64,000 nucleotides of DNA from Promethearchaeota archaeon. Its GTDB lineage: Archaea > Asgardarchaeota > Lokiarchaeia > Sigyniarchaeales > SOKP01. The translations under genes and the position numbers were made by a program. The stretch covers positions 3,669 through 67,668 of the forward strand of contig JBHLNT010000007.1 in NCBI GenBank assembly GCA_048941265.1, read 5' to 3'. The notes beneath the pieces were generated by a model, which was given only the letters and a program-made list of their open reading frames with translations, did no database searches and had not been told where the DNA came from. Shown in pieces: positions 45,730 to 54,852 of this stretch (its first letter is position 1; the number at the start of each line of letters is the position of its first letter).

Positions 45730-46755
45730 ATGGAAAAAGAAGGGCTGTTTACGACATGTGTTGGCTCCATGCCTCTCAGTGATACTGAGGAAAATATGAA
45801 TAGAGCGTTTAAGGAATTGATTGAAATTGGCATAGATTTTCCATGCTACCCACAGCTGAAACCTATGAATCCTCAATTTCTCTCTCCGTTATCCAAAGTT
45901 ATTGAACCATTAGAAGAGACTAAACCTGAAGTGTTCTACTTAGCAGATGATTTTAAAATTCCTGCTAAACCAGTTGCGTTAGAATATGGTGAATTTATAG
46001 TGAAATTTTTGAATGAACACCCCGAGCTTAAAAGCCGTATTAAAGGTACTAAAGCATGTTTGACGGGGCCTTTTACATTGGCAAGTGAGGTTTTCTTGCG
46101 TGAAAAGCTTTCCAAAGGAATAGAATTGAAAATATTTAATGAACATCGGGCAATTATGTTAAGTTGGATTGTAGATAAATTTGCTGAGATTATGAAAGAA
46201 ATTGGCAGAGCTTATAACGATATGGGAATTAATATCATCTCGATGGATGAGCCTATATTGGGTTTGTTAGTTGGGAGAAAAATATTCTTTCATACAGAGG
46301 ATTTTATTATTCAGACCTTAAATAAGGTTTTATCAGGAATAAAAGGTATGCCATCTATTCATGTCTGTGGGAGAATAAGCCCCAATTTACGTGATATTCT
46401 TTTACAAACCGATGTAAAAATCATGGATCATGAATTCCGCACGAGTGAAGTAAATTTTAAAATATTTGAAAAAAAACATTTAGAAGAACATGATAAATAT
46501 TTAGCTATGGGCACTGTTCAAACGAATGTATCTCCTAAAAAAGATGCTGATATAGATGATTATGTTGAGGACATCGGCTTTTTGAAAAATTTTATTGAGA
46601 AAGGGATCGAACTTTATGGAAAAGAGAATTTAGTCATAAAAAGCGATTGTGGGTTTGGAGCCTTGAAAAAAACTTTTGAAAGCGAAGAATTTGCCTATCA
46701 AATAGCTATTAGAAAACTTAAAAATATGGTTTTAGCAGCAAAAGAACTTAAATAA
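45730..46755 (+). CDS. cobalamin-independent methionine synthase catalytic-domain (MetE C-terminal/Meth_synt_2-like) protein
   Basis: 'CVGSMP', 'LTGPFTLA', 'ISMDEPIL', 'IHVCGR', 'SDCGFG'. These are the typical Zn-ligand and substrate motifs of short archaeal MetE homologs. Confidence 0.72.
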   Translation: MEKEGLFTTCVGSMPLSDTEENMNRAFKELIEIGIDFPCYPQLKPMNPQFLSPLSKVIEPLEETKPEVFYLADDFKIPAKPVALEYGEFIVKFLNEHPELKSRIKGTKACLTGPFTLASEVFLREKLSKGIELKIFNEHRAIMLSWIVDKFAEIMKEIGRAYNDMGINIISMDEPILGLLVGRKIFFHTEDFIIQTLNKVLSGIKGMPSIHVCGRISPNLRDILLQTDVKIMDHEFRTSEVNFKIFEKKHLEEHDKYLAMGTVQTNVSPKKDADIDDYVEDIGFLKNFIEKGIELYGKENLVIKSDCGFGALKKTFESEEFAYQIAIRKLKNMVLAAKELK

Positions 46756-46816
46756 GCTATATACTAAGAAAATTTCTAAAAAATCACTAAAAAGAAGGTA
46801 AATTTTTCAAAAAAAA

Positions 46817-47473
46817 TTACTCACTTAATTCCTTTTTCAATTTTTCTATTTCTTCTTGAAGTTTTGCTTTTGATTTTGTTTCTTCCTCTTCAGATTCAAG
46901 TTCTATATCTGAAATATATTCTGGAAATTCCCCCTCGGGTACAGTTGGCATTGATCCACTTGCATCTAAGAGCATTTCAGTTTCAAGTTGGTCAAGCATA
47001 TCTGAAACATCGATTCCGAGGTCAATCTCTAGATCACCAGCGAGAATATCTCCAGCCTCTTCAATTTCAGAAACATACATTTCAGAATCTTCTGAAATTT
47101 CGGCAATCGCCTCAGGCGACGCTTTAGTAGCAATAGTTTTTAATTCATCTCGCATTTTTGCCATAAAACTCCCAGATTGTGCAATTGCGGCTCCTTCTTC
47201 TAAGGCTTCTATCTGTCTATCGAATTTTGCTCGAATATTATTCGTTCTATCAACTTTCATTTGATATTGTTTATATTGAACTAAATAACTCTTAGCACGT
47301 TCTCTTTCCCCTCTTTGTAAAGCAATCTTAGCATTTTTTCTACTTACTTCAGCTCTTTTTTGATAGTTTTTAGAGCGAATTCCTAATTGACGAGTATATC
47401 TCTTCACTTGAGTAACTAGCTTATCTTTTTCTTGAGCTTTCCTAGGAAAGAGTTTCTTACCAATTGGTGCCAT
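46817..47473 (-). CDS. ESCRT-III / Snf7-family protein
   Basis: 218 aa. Basic N-terminal helical hairpin ('KNYQKRAEVSRKNAKIALQRGERERAKSYLVQYKQYQ'), central 'IEALEEGAAIAQ...MAKMRDELK', acidic C-terminal half ('DVSDMLDQLETEMLLD') and a terminal amphipathic helix 'KLQEEIEKLKKEL'. Confidence 0.78.
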   Translation of the reverse strand: MAPIGKKLFPRKAQEKDKLVTQVKRYTRQLGIRSKNYQKRAEVSRKNAKIALQRGERERAKSYLVQYKQYQMKVDRTNNIRAKFDRQIEALEEGAAIAQSGSFMAKMRDELKTIATKASPEAIAEISEDSEMYVSEIEEAGDILAGDLEIDLGIDVSDMLDQLETEMLLDASGSMPTVPEGEFPEYISDIELESEEEETKSKAKLQEEIEKLKKELSE

Positions 47474-47719
47474 ATTTTTGATCTCCTCTACTTTCTGGTT
47501 TTTAGATTCAAATTTTAAAAACTTTTTTTAAGTACTTTTTATATTAAATTAAAGCTAATACTAATTTAAAAATTTGTTTCGATATTTTACAATTTGACTA
47601 AGGAGACTAAAAAGTTTTTTATAAAAAAAACTTTCATAGACCAATAACTACGAAATTCAATTGTAATCTCAAGGATTTGTTATTTTTCAGAAATATAAAA
47701 GTAGATACGAATTATAATT

Positions 47720-48124
47720 TTATTTTGCATGAGGAGTCACTCGAAGTAGCTGAGATGTTCCAATACAGATTAATTCTCCCAGTTCATTGTAAATTTTTGA
47801 TTCACAGAAAGAAATATTTTTCCCACTTCTTAGGCATTCTGCTTTAGCAGTCAGGGTTCCTTTTGCCACAGGTTTAAGATATGATACTTGAAGGTCTATT
47901 GTGGTTACCCATCCCTTAGGGTAAATAAGGGAAAATGCCGCGCATGCACAGGTAGAATCGATCATTGAAGCAAGAACTCCCCCATGAATCATTCCATTCT
48001 GAGTAAACTCTTCTCTTATATCCATTTCAAAATGAGCATACCCGTCTTTTATCTCGATGAGCCTGAATCCGAGAGTACGGTAAAACGGAATCCGTTTGAT
48101 AAGCGAATCTTTGATATCATCCAT
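47720..48124 (-). CDS. PaaI/hotdog-fold thioesterase
   Basis: 'LGFRLIEIKDGYAHFEM', 'NGMIHGGVLASMIDSTCACAA', 'TIDLQVSYLKP', 'GKNISFCESKIYN'. Confidence 0.8.
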   Translation of the reverse strand: MDDIKDSLIKRIPFYRTLGFRLIEIKDGYAHFEMDIREEFTQNGMIHGGVLASMIDSTCACAAFSLIYPKGWVTTIDLQVSYLKPVAKGTLTAKAECLRSGKNISFCESKIYNELGELICIGTSQLLRVTPHAK

Positions 48125-48290
48125 TTTAAGATCTTTTCTTTATGATTTACAATGAAAAATCTTCAATTTTTTAACAAGTTTTTGATTCAAATATTTTTTA
48201 GTTCACTAGTTTCTTGAAAAGAGTATTATATTTAATATTCTTATAATAAATATAAATTATCAAAGTTAACACTATAGAGCTTGATATGCA

Positions 48291-49403
48291 ATGAAAAGAA
48301 TTATTTTAAATTTCGAGCAAAAAACCAGTGATTTTAAGGAATTAATACAAGAAGCTTTTAACAAAGATATTCTTAATTTTATGGTTTCCAAGGAAACTTA
48401 TCCCGAGCTTGAAAAAGTTGAGCGTGTAGAGATCTATTCTAAAAATTTAGAATTAAATCCGAAATTTAAGATATATGAGAATAAAGCAAAATTATTTGAA
48501 GAAATAGAAAAAAGAAAGGGTCAAAGCAACATAGGGTTCTATAAGGAATTAAAAACAAAGACAGATGAACAAGAAATTGTAGAACTTTCTAAAATGGGAT
48601 ATGTCGATTTCATCATTGTTTCCGCGAATGATTGGAAAATCATTCCTTTTGAAAACCTTATAGCAGAAATGCATTCAAATGAAACTGACTTAATAGCTGA
48701 AGTCGATGATGTGAAAGACGCAGAGTTAATGTTAAAAACACTAGAAATTGGAGTTGATGGAATTTTAATGGCTCCGACTGACGCAAATGATATTGTGGAA
48801 ATAAAGAAACTTCTCTATACCGGATTTCATATTGAATTAACAAAAGCGAAGATATTTAGTATTCAAAGTATTCCTGAAAGCGAGAGAGTATGTATAGATA
48901 CCACATCATTGCTTCATATTGGAGAAGGTTTTCTTGTTGGCTCAACAGCCGCTGGTTTTTGTTTAATTCATTCTGAAACATTTGAAACCCAATTTGTTGC
49001 CTCAAGACCATTTCGTGTCAACTCGGGTGATGTATCAGCCTATGTTTTGGTTCCTGATGATGATCCACAAAAAGTTTACCATACAAATTATCTAAGCGAA
49101 TTAAAAGGAGGTAAGCGGGTTTTAGCTGTAAATTATAAAGGTGAAGCTCGAATAGTGTCTGTAGGACGGGTAAAAATAGAGACTCGACCAATGTTAAGAT
49201 TCGAGTTAGAGGCAATGAAAGGAGATAAGAAAATTCCCATAAGCTGTATCTGCCAAAACGCTGAAACAATAAGGTTAGTAGATCCTAGTGGCAAAGCTAA
49301 ATCTGTAGTTGATATTAAGGTTGGAGATGAAGTGTTAGTTCATATTGGGCCTGGTGCAACTCATTTTGGGACTGCGATTAAAGAGACGATATTAGAGAAA
49401 TAA
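48291..49403 (+). CDS. 3-dehydroquinate synthase II (archaeal type)
   Basis: The length and blocks 'DFIIVSANDWKIIPFENLIAE', 'LEIGVDGILM', 'GEGFLVGSTAAGF', 'RPFRVNSGDVSAYV' match the archaeal DHQ synthase II family. Confidence 0.82.
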   Translation: MKRIILNFEQKTSDFKELIQEAFNKDILNFMVSKETYPELEKVERVEIYSKNLELNPKFKIYENKAKLFEEIEKRKGQSNIGFYKELKTKTDEQEIVELSKMGYVDFIIVSANDWKIIPFENLIAEMHSNETDLIAEVDDVKDAELMLKTLEIGVDGILMAPTDANDIVEIKKLLYTGFHIELTKAKIFSIQSIPESERVCIDTTSLLHIGEGFLVGSTAAGFCLIHSETFETQFVASRPFRVNSGDVSAYVLVPDDDPQKVYHTNYLSELKGGKRVLAVNYKGEARIVSVGRVKIETRPMLRFELEAMKGDKKIPISCICQNAETIRLVDPSGKAKSVVDIKVGDEVLVHIGPGATHFGTAIKETILEK

Positions 49404-49447
49404 AAAACACTAGCAGCTAAGCCCAAAACTTAAAAAGGAGATCAATC

Positions 49448-49529
49448 AAATTTGGATTTCTTATCTTGCCGGGGTCATATTTCCTCGAAATCGTCATAAC
49501 CAGACATAACAATTGCGGTACAGTTATAG
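49448..49529 (-). pseudogene. decayed remnant of an amidase gene 3' end (duplicate of 51837-51928)
   Basis: 49448-49470 'aaatttggatttcttatcttgcc' matches 51837-51859 'aaatttgggttttttatcttgcc' at 21/23. The reverse-strand translation '..DDFEEI*PRQDKKSKFD*' compares with the amidase C-terminus '..SKSFEEIAPWQDKKPKFI*'. It contains an in-frame stop and indels. Confidence 0.6.
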
Positions 49530-49597
49530 ACAAGAATATTATTGAAGAGCAAAATTCTCTTTAAAGAAAAAAAATATCTTCTTTATTTTACAACTTT

Positions 49598-50053
49598 TTA
49601 CTCTTCATACACAGCACTTGTAGTATCACTTTCTTTTAATCTTATTATAATCTTCTTATTATCATATATCTCTTTTAATTTATCATGAATATATTTTGCT
49701 AGTAATTCAGTTGTAGTAGCACGGATAGGAAGAAATACTACATCTTGACGAGGAAAAACATATCTTTTATTAGCAGTTTTAACTTCAACCGCCTCTCTAT
49801 TTTCGATTATATGTAGGTCTGAGGCATTTTTTGGTATTAACACATAATGATCCATTTGTTTTATGATTGATTTTAGGTTCTTTTTAAGTTGAATGAAATC
49901 TTCTACAAAGAAATCTTCGTCTAAATCACTATTCAGTTCAATGGAAACATAATAATTATGACCATGTAGTCTCGAACATCTTTCAGGTCTTTTTAGGAAA
50001 TGACACGCACTAAATTTTATTTCTGGAGTATCAATAATAACTTTAAATCCCAT
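49598..50053 (-). CDS. queD: 6-carboxy-5,6,7,8-tetrahydropterin synthase / PTPS-family protein (QueD-like)
   Basis: 'FSACHFL' and the Cx3HGH motif 'CSRLHGHNY'. The ~150-aa T-fold size fits, and 'MDHYVL' is present. Confidence 0.78.
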   Translation of the reverse strand: MGFKVIIDTPEIKFSACHFLKRPERCSRLHGHNYYVSIELNSDLDEDFFVEDFIQLKKNLKSIIKQMDHYVLIPKNASDLHIIENREAVEVKTANKRYVFPRQDVVFLPIRATTTELLAKYIHDKLKEIYDNKKIIIRLKESDTTSAVYEE

Positions 50054-50254
50054 AATTGATAAGACGATGGTGTTAGTGCTATCTAAATTACCTAAATATG
50101 AATACTATTTATTTTTAATACTTTTGTGTTTTAGAATATTAAATTAATTAAGATTACTGTTTTAGAGATTAGAAAAATAAGAAAATTTGTTATTTTTTTA
50201 AATTATTTCCCTAAACTATATATATTGGTTTTAAATAATGGATTAGAGACAGAC

Positions 50255-51838
50255 ATGAAAAAACTTAAAAAATTAGCAATCACTGGAGCTAATGGTTATC
50301 TAGGAGTTCACACTATAAAGATAGCAACCAAAAATAATTGGATTGTTAATGCCATAATTCGACGAGAAGACGTAATTAAGGACATATATGAACTTGGAGC
50401 GACACCTTTTATAGTAAAAGATTTTGAGATAGAATCTTTAAAGAAAGCATTTATTGGCTGTAAAGCAGTAATTCATTTTGCAAATGTTGTCTGTGGGAGT
50501 AAGGAAGTTTTTGAAGCGATTAATGTTAATGGAATGAGAAAAATAATTCAAGCATGTTTAGAAACCGACATTAAAAGAATTATTTATCCATCAGGTTTGG
50601 GAGTGGATAAATATGGTAATTATGAATGGGCAAATAATGATTACTTTAAAAGTAAAAAAATTGCTGAACAATTACTCATTGATGGAAAAGTCCCTTATAT
50701 TATATTTCGTCCGTCATATATCCTAGGACCTAAAGATGAGTTAATTCCAGAAATTATAAGTCAAATAGTTAACGGTATGATATTAATCGCAGGAAATGGT
50801 GATATTCCAATGCAACCTATTTACGTAAAAGACGCTATTCAAGCATTTTTAGCTGCCGCTGAAGGAATTGGTGAGAATAATAAAATATATGAACTTGTGG
50901 GACCCAAAATAACAAATATGATAGAATTGACAGATTTTATTTATCAACAGTTAATAAATCAAGGATTTAATATTCCACCTCCTAAAAAGGAATTCATTCC
51001 ATATGAGGAAGCTCCATTAAAATTGAATATCTGCAAAGAAATGGTTGATGTGATGAGATGTGACCTAACGGTAGATTATACTAAAACCCCTCAAGCTTTA
51101 GGATTTAATTTATCTTCATTAGATGAAGCAATAGAAGCTGCAGTCACTGAAAAAATGTTTCCAAAAATAAATCCAAATAAGAAAAAAGCAGTTATTTTAC
51201 TATCTGGAGGATTGGATTCAACTGTTGCTCTTTTTTGGGCTTTAAATCAACAATATGACTTATTTGCCATAACAATAAATTATACTAATAGACCACGTAA
51301 AGAAATTATTGCGACTAAAAAAATTACGGACTTATGTAAAGTGAAGCTTCTTGAATTACCGTTATCATTTTTAAAGGATGCAATTGATTTACGTTGTGAG
51401 GGATTTCCAATACCGTCTGCTGTCAATGCTCCTGAAGGATATATTCCTTTACGAAATCTGATATTCTATTCAATAGCAGCCTATTTTGCTGAAGCTCTTG
51501 CATGTAAATATATAATTGGAGGACATATCTCAACAGACTCAAAAATATTTTCAGATGCTAATGAATCATTTTTTAAATCAATTGAAAAAGTGGTTAATCA
51601 ATCTAAACACTCTAAAGATAATAAATTCACCAAATTTATCTTTCCGTTGATCACTATGGATAAAAGGGATGTTATTCAATTAGCAAATAAACTGAATGTG
51701 CCTATAGAATTGACATGGAGTTGCTATCATGATTTTGATAAACCTTGCGGAAATTGTTTATCTTGCATAAATCGAGAAAAAGCACTTAATCAAAATAATT
51801 ATAATCATAATGGTAAACCTGAGAAAAAACTTAAATAA
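50255..51838 (+). CDS. queC: fusion protein: extended-SDR NAD(P)-binding epimerase/reductase-like domain + 7-cyano-7-deazaguanine synthase (QueC)
   Basis: N-terminal 'ITGANGYLG' Rossmann motif and YxxxK 'YFKSK'. From ~nt 51179, the PP-loop 'ILLSGGLDST' and a QueC-type Zn cluster 'SCYHDFDKPCGNCLSCINR'. The ORF track starts at TTG 50225. I prefer the ATG at 50255. Confidence 0.8.
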   Translation: MKKLKKLAITGANGYLGVHTIKIATKNNWIVNAIIRREDVIKDIYELGATPFIVKDFEIESLKKAFIGCKAVIHFANVVCGSKEVFEAINVNGMRKIIQACLETDIKRIIYPSGLGVDKYGNYEWANNDYFKSKKIAEQLLIDGKVPYIIFRPSYILGPKDELIPEIISQIVNGMILIAGNGDIPMQPIYVKDAIQAFLAAAEGIGENNKIYELVGPKITNMIELTDFIYQQLINQGFNIPPPKKEFIPYEEAPLKLNICKEMVDVMRCDLTVDYTKTPQALGFNLSSLDEAIEAAVTEKMFPKINPNKKKAVILLSGGLDSTVALFWALNQQYDLFAITINYTNRPRKEIIATKKITDLCKVKLLELPLSFLKDAIDLRCEGFPIPSAVNAPEGYIPLRNLIFYSIAAYFAEALACKYIIGGHISTDSKIFSDANESFFKSIEKVVNQSKHSKDNKFTKFIFPLITMDKRDVIQLANKLNVPIELTWSCYHDFDKPCGNCLSCINREKALNQNNYNHNGKPEKKLK

Positions 51839-53267
51839 ATTTGGGTTTTTTATCTTGCCAAGGAGCGATTTCTTCAAAAGATTTTGAAACTTGTAATACG
51901 GTTAATTCGTCAAATTGTGGTCCTATAATTTGCATCCCTATTGGTAAACCATCTTTTGACCATCCACATGGGATTGATGCTGCGGGATTCCCTGTCATAT
52001 TAAATGGAAAGGTAAAAGGCATCCATGAAGTAGGTCCTACTCCCTCTCCATTTATTTCAGGAGGGAACATCATTCCTAACTCAAATGCAGGGATTGCTAC
52101 GGTAGGTGTTATTAAGATATCATACGCGCTAAATAATTTATTAATTTTTTCGTAAAATTTAATACGTATATCCATGGCTTTCATAATGCTTAAACCAGAA
52201 TAAGTCATTCCAGCATTAATCAGTTTAAGGAAATCGGGGTCCATTTTTTCTCTCCATTCTTCTAGATAAGGTTTATAATTATAAGCAAAACTCGCGGTAT
52301 ATAGTGTAGTAAACGCTAAAAAAGGGCTTCTGATTTTGAGTCTTATAGGTTCTACAGACCATCCTAATCCTTCGAATTTTTGAACAGCATTAATAACATT
52401 TTTCTCAACATCGGCATCAATTATTTTTGCATACCCAAGATTTAAAGTATAAGCTATTTTGAGTTTATCTGGTTTTTCTCTAATTTTAATAAAATAGCTA
52501 ATATCTTGCTTTGGTAAGCAAGTTCGGTCCAAATAATATGGACCTTTTAAAACATCAAGCATTAGAGCAGCATCTTCGACATATCTAACTATAGGACCTT
52601 TTTGTGTGAAATAAAATGACACACCAGTTTTTGGATAATCTGGAACTCGGCCATATTGAGGTTTAATCCCATATACTCCACAAAAACTCGCAGGATGCCT
52701 TATACTACCCCCTCCATCTCCACCTAATGCTAATGGACTAATTCCACTTGCCACTGCAGCTGCAGCGCCACCACTTGATCCTCCGGGAGTTCTATTTAAG
52801 TTCCAAGGATTTTTAGTTGGTCCAAAAATTTTATTATCCGTAATACCAGCATACCCAAACTCAGGCGTATTAGTTTTTCCTAAGATTACGACACCTGCTT
52901 CTTTCAATCTAGTCACACAAAGCCCATCCTCTTCGGGAATAAGATTTTCAAAGATTTTACTTCCAAATGTTGTTCGGATTCCTTTAGTTAAATTCAAATC
53001 CTTAACTGAAGTCGGTACACCATGTAAGGAGCCTAATTTCTCACCTTTTTTAACGCTATCATCGGCCTTTTTTGCCATTTCTCTAGCTAAATCAAAAGTG
53101 GGAGTACAATATGCATTAATTATAGGATTAATCTTTTCAATTCTTTCTATAATTGTTTCAGTTATTTCTAAAGAAGTGAGTTCCTGGGTTTTAATTGCTT
53201 TAACTATCTGGGCGGCAGGCATAAGGCAAATATCTTCATTATTCATATTTTTAGATCTCTTTAGCAT
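51831..53267 (-). CDS. amidase-signature (AS) family amidase
   Basis: 'GKTNTPEFG', 'GGSSGGAAAAVASG', 'GGDGGGSIRHPASFCGVYGIKP'. No gatB/gatC is nearby, so it is not called GatA. The 3' end overlaps the queC-fusion stop by 8 nt (convergent). Confidence 0.85.
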   Translation of the reverse strand: MLKRSKNMNNEDICLMPAAQIVKAIKTQELTSLEITETIIERIEKINPIINAYCTPTFDLAREMAKKADDSVKKGEKLGSLHGVPTSVKDLNLTKGIRTTFGSKIFENLIPEEDGLCVTRLKEAGVVILGKTNTPEFGYAGITDNKIFGPTKNPWNLNRTPGGSSGGAAAAVASGISPLALGGDGGGSIRHPASFCGVYGIKPQYGRVPDYPKTGVSFYFTQKGPIVRYVEDAALMLDVLKGPYYLDRTCLPKQDISYFIKIREKPDKLKIAYTLNLGYAKIIDADVEKNVINAVQKFEGLGWSVEPIRLKIRSPFLAFTTLYTASFAYNYKPYLEEWREKMDPDFLKLINAGMTYSGLSIMKAMDIRIKFYEKINKLFSAYDILITPTVAIPAFELGMMFPPEINGEGVGPTSWMPFTFPFNMTGNPAASIPCGWSKDGLPIGMQIIGPQFDELTVLQVSKSFEEIAPWQDKKPKFI

Positions 53268-53433
53268 TAATAGAATATATTAAAAATAGATCTAATGTAG
53301 TATAAATAATTACTTGTTGAGACTTAATTGATTTTCTTAAATTTTCAATAAAATTAAATTCATGATTTGACTATAAAAGATAATAATATTTAATAAAAAG
53401 TATCATAGCTAATTTTTAATAGCCAATTTTATT

Positions 53434-54717
53434 ATGACAACATATTGGGCCCCTTTACTTCATATTTATCAACCTCCAACTCAAGATATTAAAATTTTGC
53501 GGGAAATAAATAAGGACTGTTATAAACCCTTATTTTCCGTTCTTGAACAACATGATAATCCGAAATTTACCTTGAATATTAACGGAGTGCTTATTGAGAT
53601 GTTGTATGAAATCGATTTAGGCGATACAATGGAACAACTAAAAAATCTAGTTTCCGAAAGCAAAATTGAAATAGTGGGTACGGCTAAATTTCACCCAATT
53701 CTCCCATTAATTCCTAATAAGGAAATTTATCATCAAATTCAAATGAATGAAGAAATAAATAGAAAAGAATTTGGGAACATCTGGGAAAAAAAGGGTTTCT
53801 TTCCACCTGAATTAGCAGTCTCTTCTGAAATTACAAGAATTGTACGTGAACTTGGATATAAATGGATTTTACAAAGTGGAATCGCTTGTCCAGTAGAAGA
53901 AAAGGGAGTTGATTGGCCATATAATAAAATTTATAGGGCTCCAAATGGACTCCAATTATATTTTCGAGATGATATACTTAGTAATAAAATATCTTTTAAG
54001 AAAATCACAGCTCAAGAATTTATCAAAGATATAAAGATAAAATATAAAGATAAAAAACAAGATTACAAAAATAATACATATATATTAACAGCAATGGATG
54101 GTGAAACTTTTGGGCATCACATTAAGAACTATGAGAAAATGTTTTTAGGTAAAACCTTAGAATTGCTTACAGAAAAAGAGGGGATTGAAACAATTTTCAT
54201 CTCTGATTTAGATCAATACTTCCCAGTTGCTAAAAAGGAGATTATACCAAAAGAATCAAGCTGGAGCACTTCCTATCAGGATATCTTAGATCAGATCCCA
54301 TATCCATTATGGAAACATCCTGATAATAATATTCATAAATATTACTGGAAAATTGTCAAAAGTTTAAATGAATTAATAGATTTAGCTGATTCTTTGGATT
54401 TAACAAAAAAATGGGAAATAGAAAATTATTATAACACCGCTAGATGGTTTTATGACAGGGGACTTCATTCCTGCCCTACATGGTGGGCAAATCCTCAGAA
54501 TGGGACATGGAGTCCTAATTTAATATACAATGGATTAGAACTTTTATTAAAAGCAGCTCTAAATGCTCAAATGGCTTTAATTTATGCTGGTAGGGAAGAT
54601 GGAGATTCAAATTTTGATTCTATTTCCTACTATCATGGTCTATTATTAATGGAACTTTATGCTATTACAAAAAATAATATTAAACATCGAAAAAATCTCA
54701 ATAAAGAATTAGAATAA
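53434..54717 (+). CDS. glycoside hydrolase family 57 protein (alpha-glucan-active)
   Basis: 'LLHIYQPPTQ', 'TLNINGVLIEML', 'AKFHPILPL', 'DGETFGHH'. These are GH57 conserved regions. Confidence 0.8.
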   Translation: MTTYWAPLLHIYQPPTQDIKILREINKDCYKPLFSVLEQHDNPKFTLNINGVLIEMLYEIDLGDTMEQLKNLVSESKIEIVGTAKFHPILPLIPNKEIYHQIQMNEEINRKEFGNIWEKKGFFPPELAVSSEITRIVRELGYKWILQSGIACPVEEKGVDWPYNKIYRAPNGLQLYFRDDILSNKISFKKITAQEFIKDIKIKYKDKKQDYKNNTYILTAMDGETFGHHIKNYEKMFLGKTLELLTEKEGIETIFISDLDQYFPVAKKEIIPKESSWSTSYQDILDQIPYPLWKHPDNNIHKYYWKIVKSLNELIDLADSLDLTKKWEIENYYNTARWFYDRGLHSCPTWWANPQNGTWSPNLIYNGLELLLKAALNAQMALIYAGREDGDSNFDSISYYHGLLLMELYAITKNNIKHRKNLNKELE

Positions 54718-54852
54718 GGAGTATCTGTGCATCAAATAAAATACATACATAAACTATATAATCTAAAATTCACATAATAAATAAAATAAAAATTGTACTA
54801 ATTATTTATCATAAACTATTTTTATTGATATTACCTTAATTTTTAACAAGCC

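Noticed and set aside
46817-47473. Alternative reading of the Snf7-like protein as PspA/Vipp1 (IM30) family.
   Set aside because: The size, the basic-then-acidic charge split and the 'DVSDMLDQLE' type acidic segment fit Snf7/CHMP better than PspA. The families are related, however, and only an HMM comparison can settle it.
49598-51838. Whether the queD / SDR-QueC block is a bona fide mobile element or defence island (Dpd-like).
   Set aside because: There is no integrase, transposase, DpdA/TGT-like or helicase/nuclease gene inside or beside the block. Only the flanking amidase 3' repeat suggests past rearrangement. It is kept as a finding about insertion and fusion, not called a mobile element.
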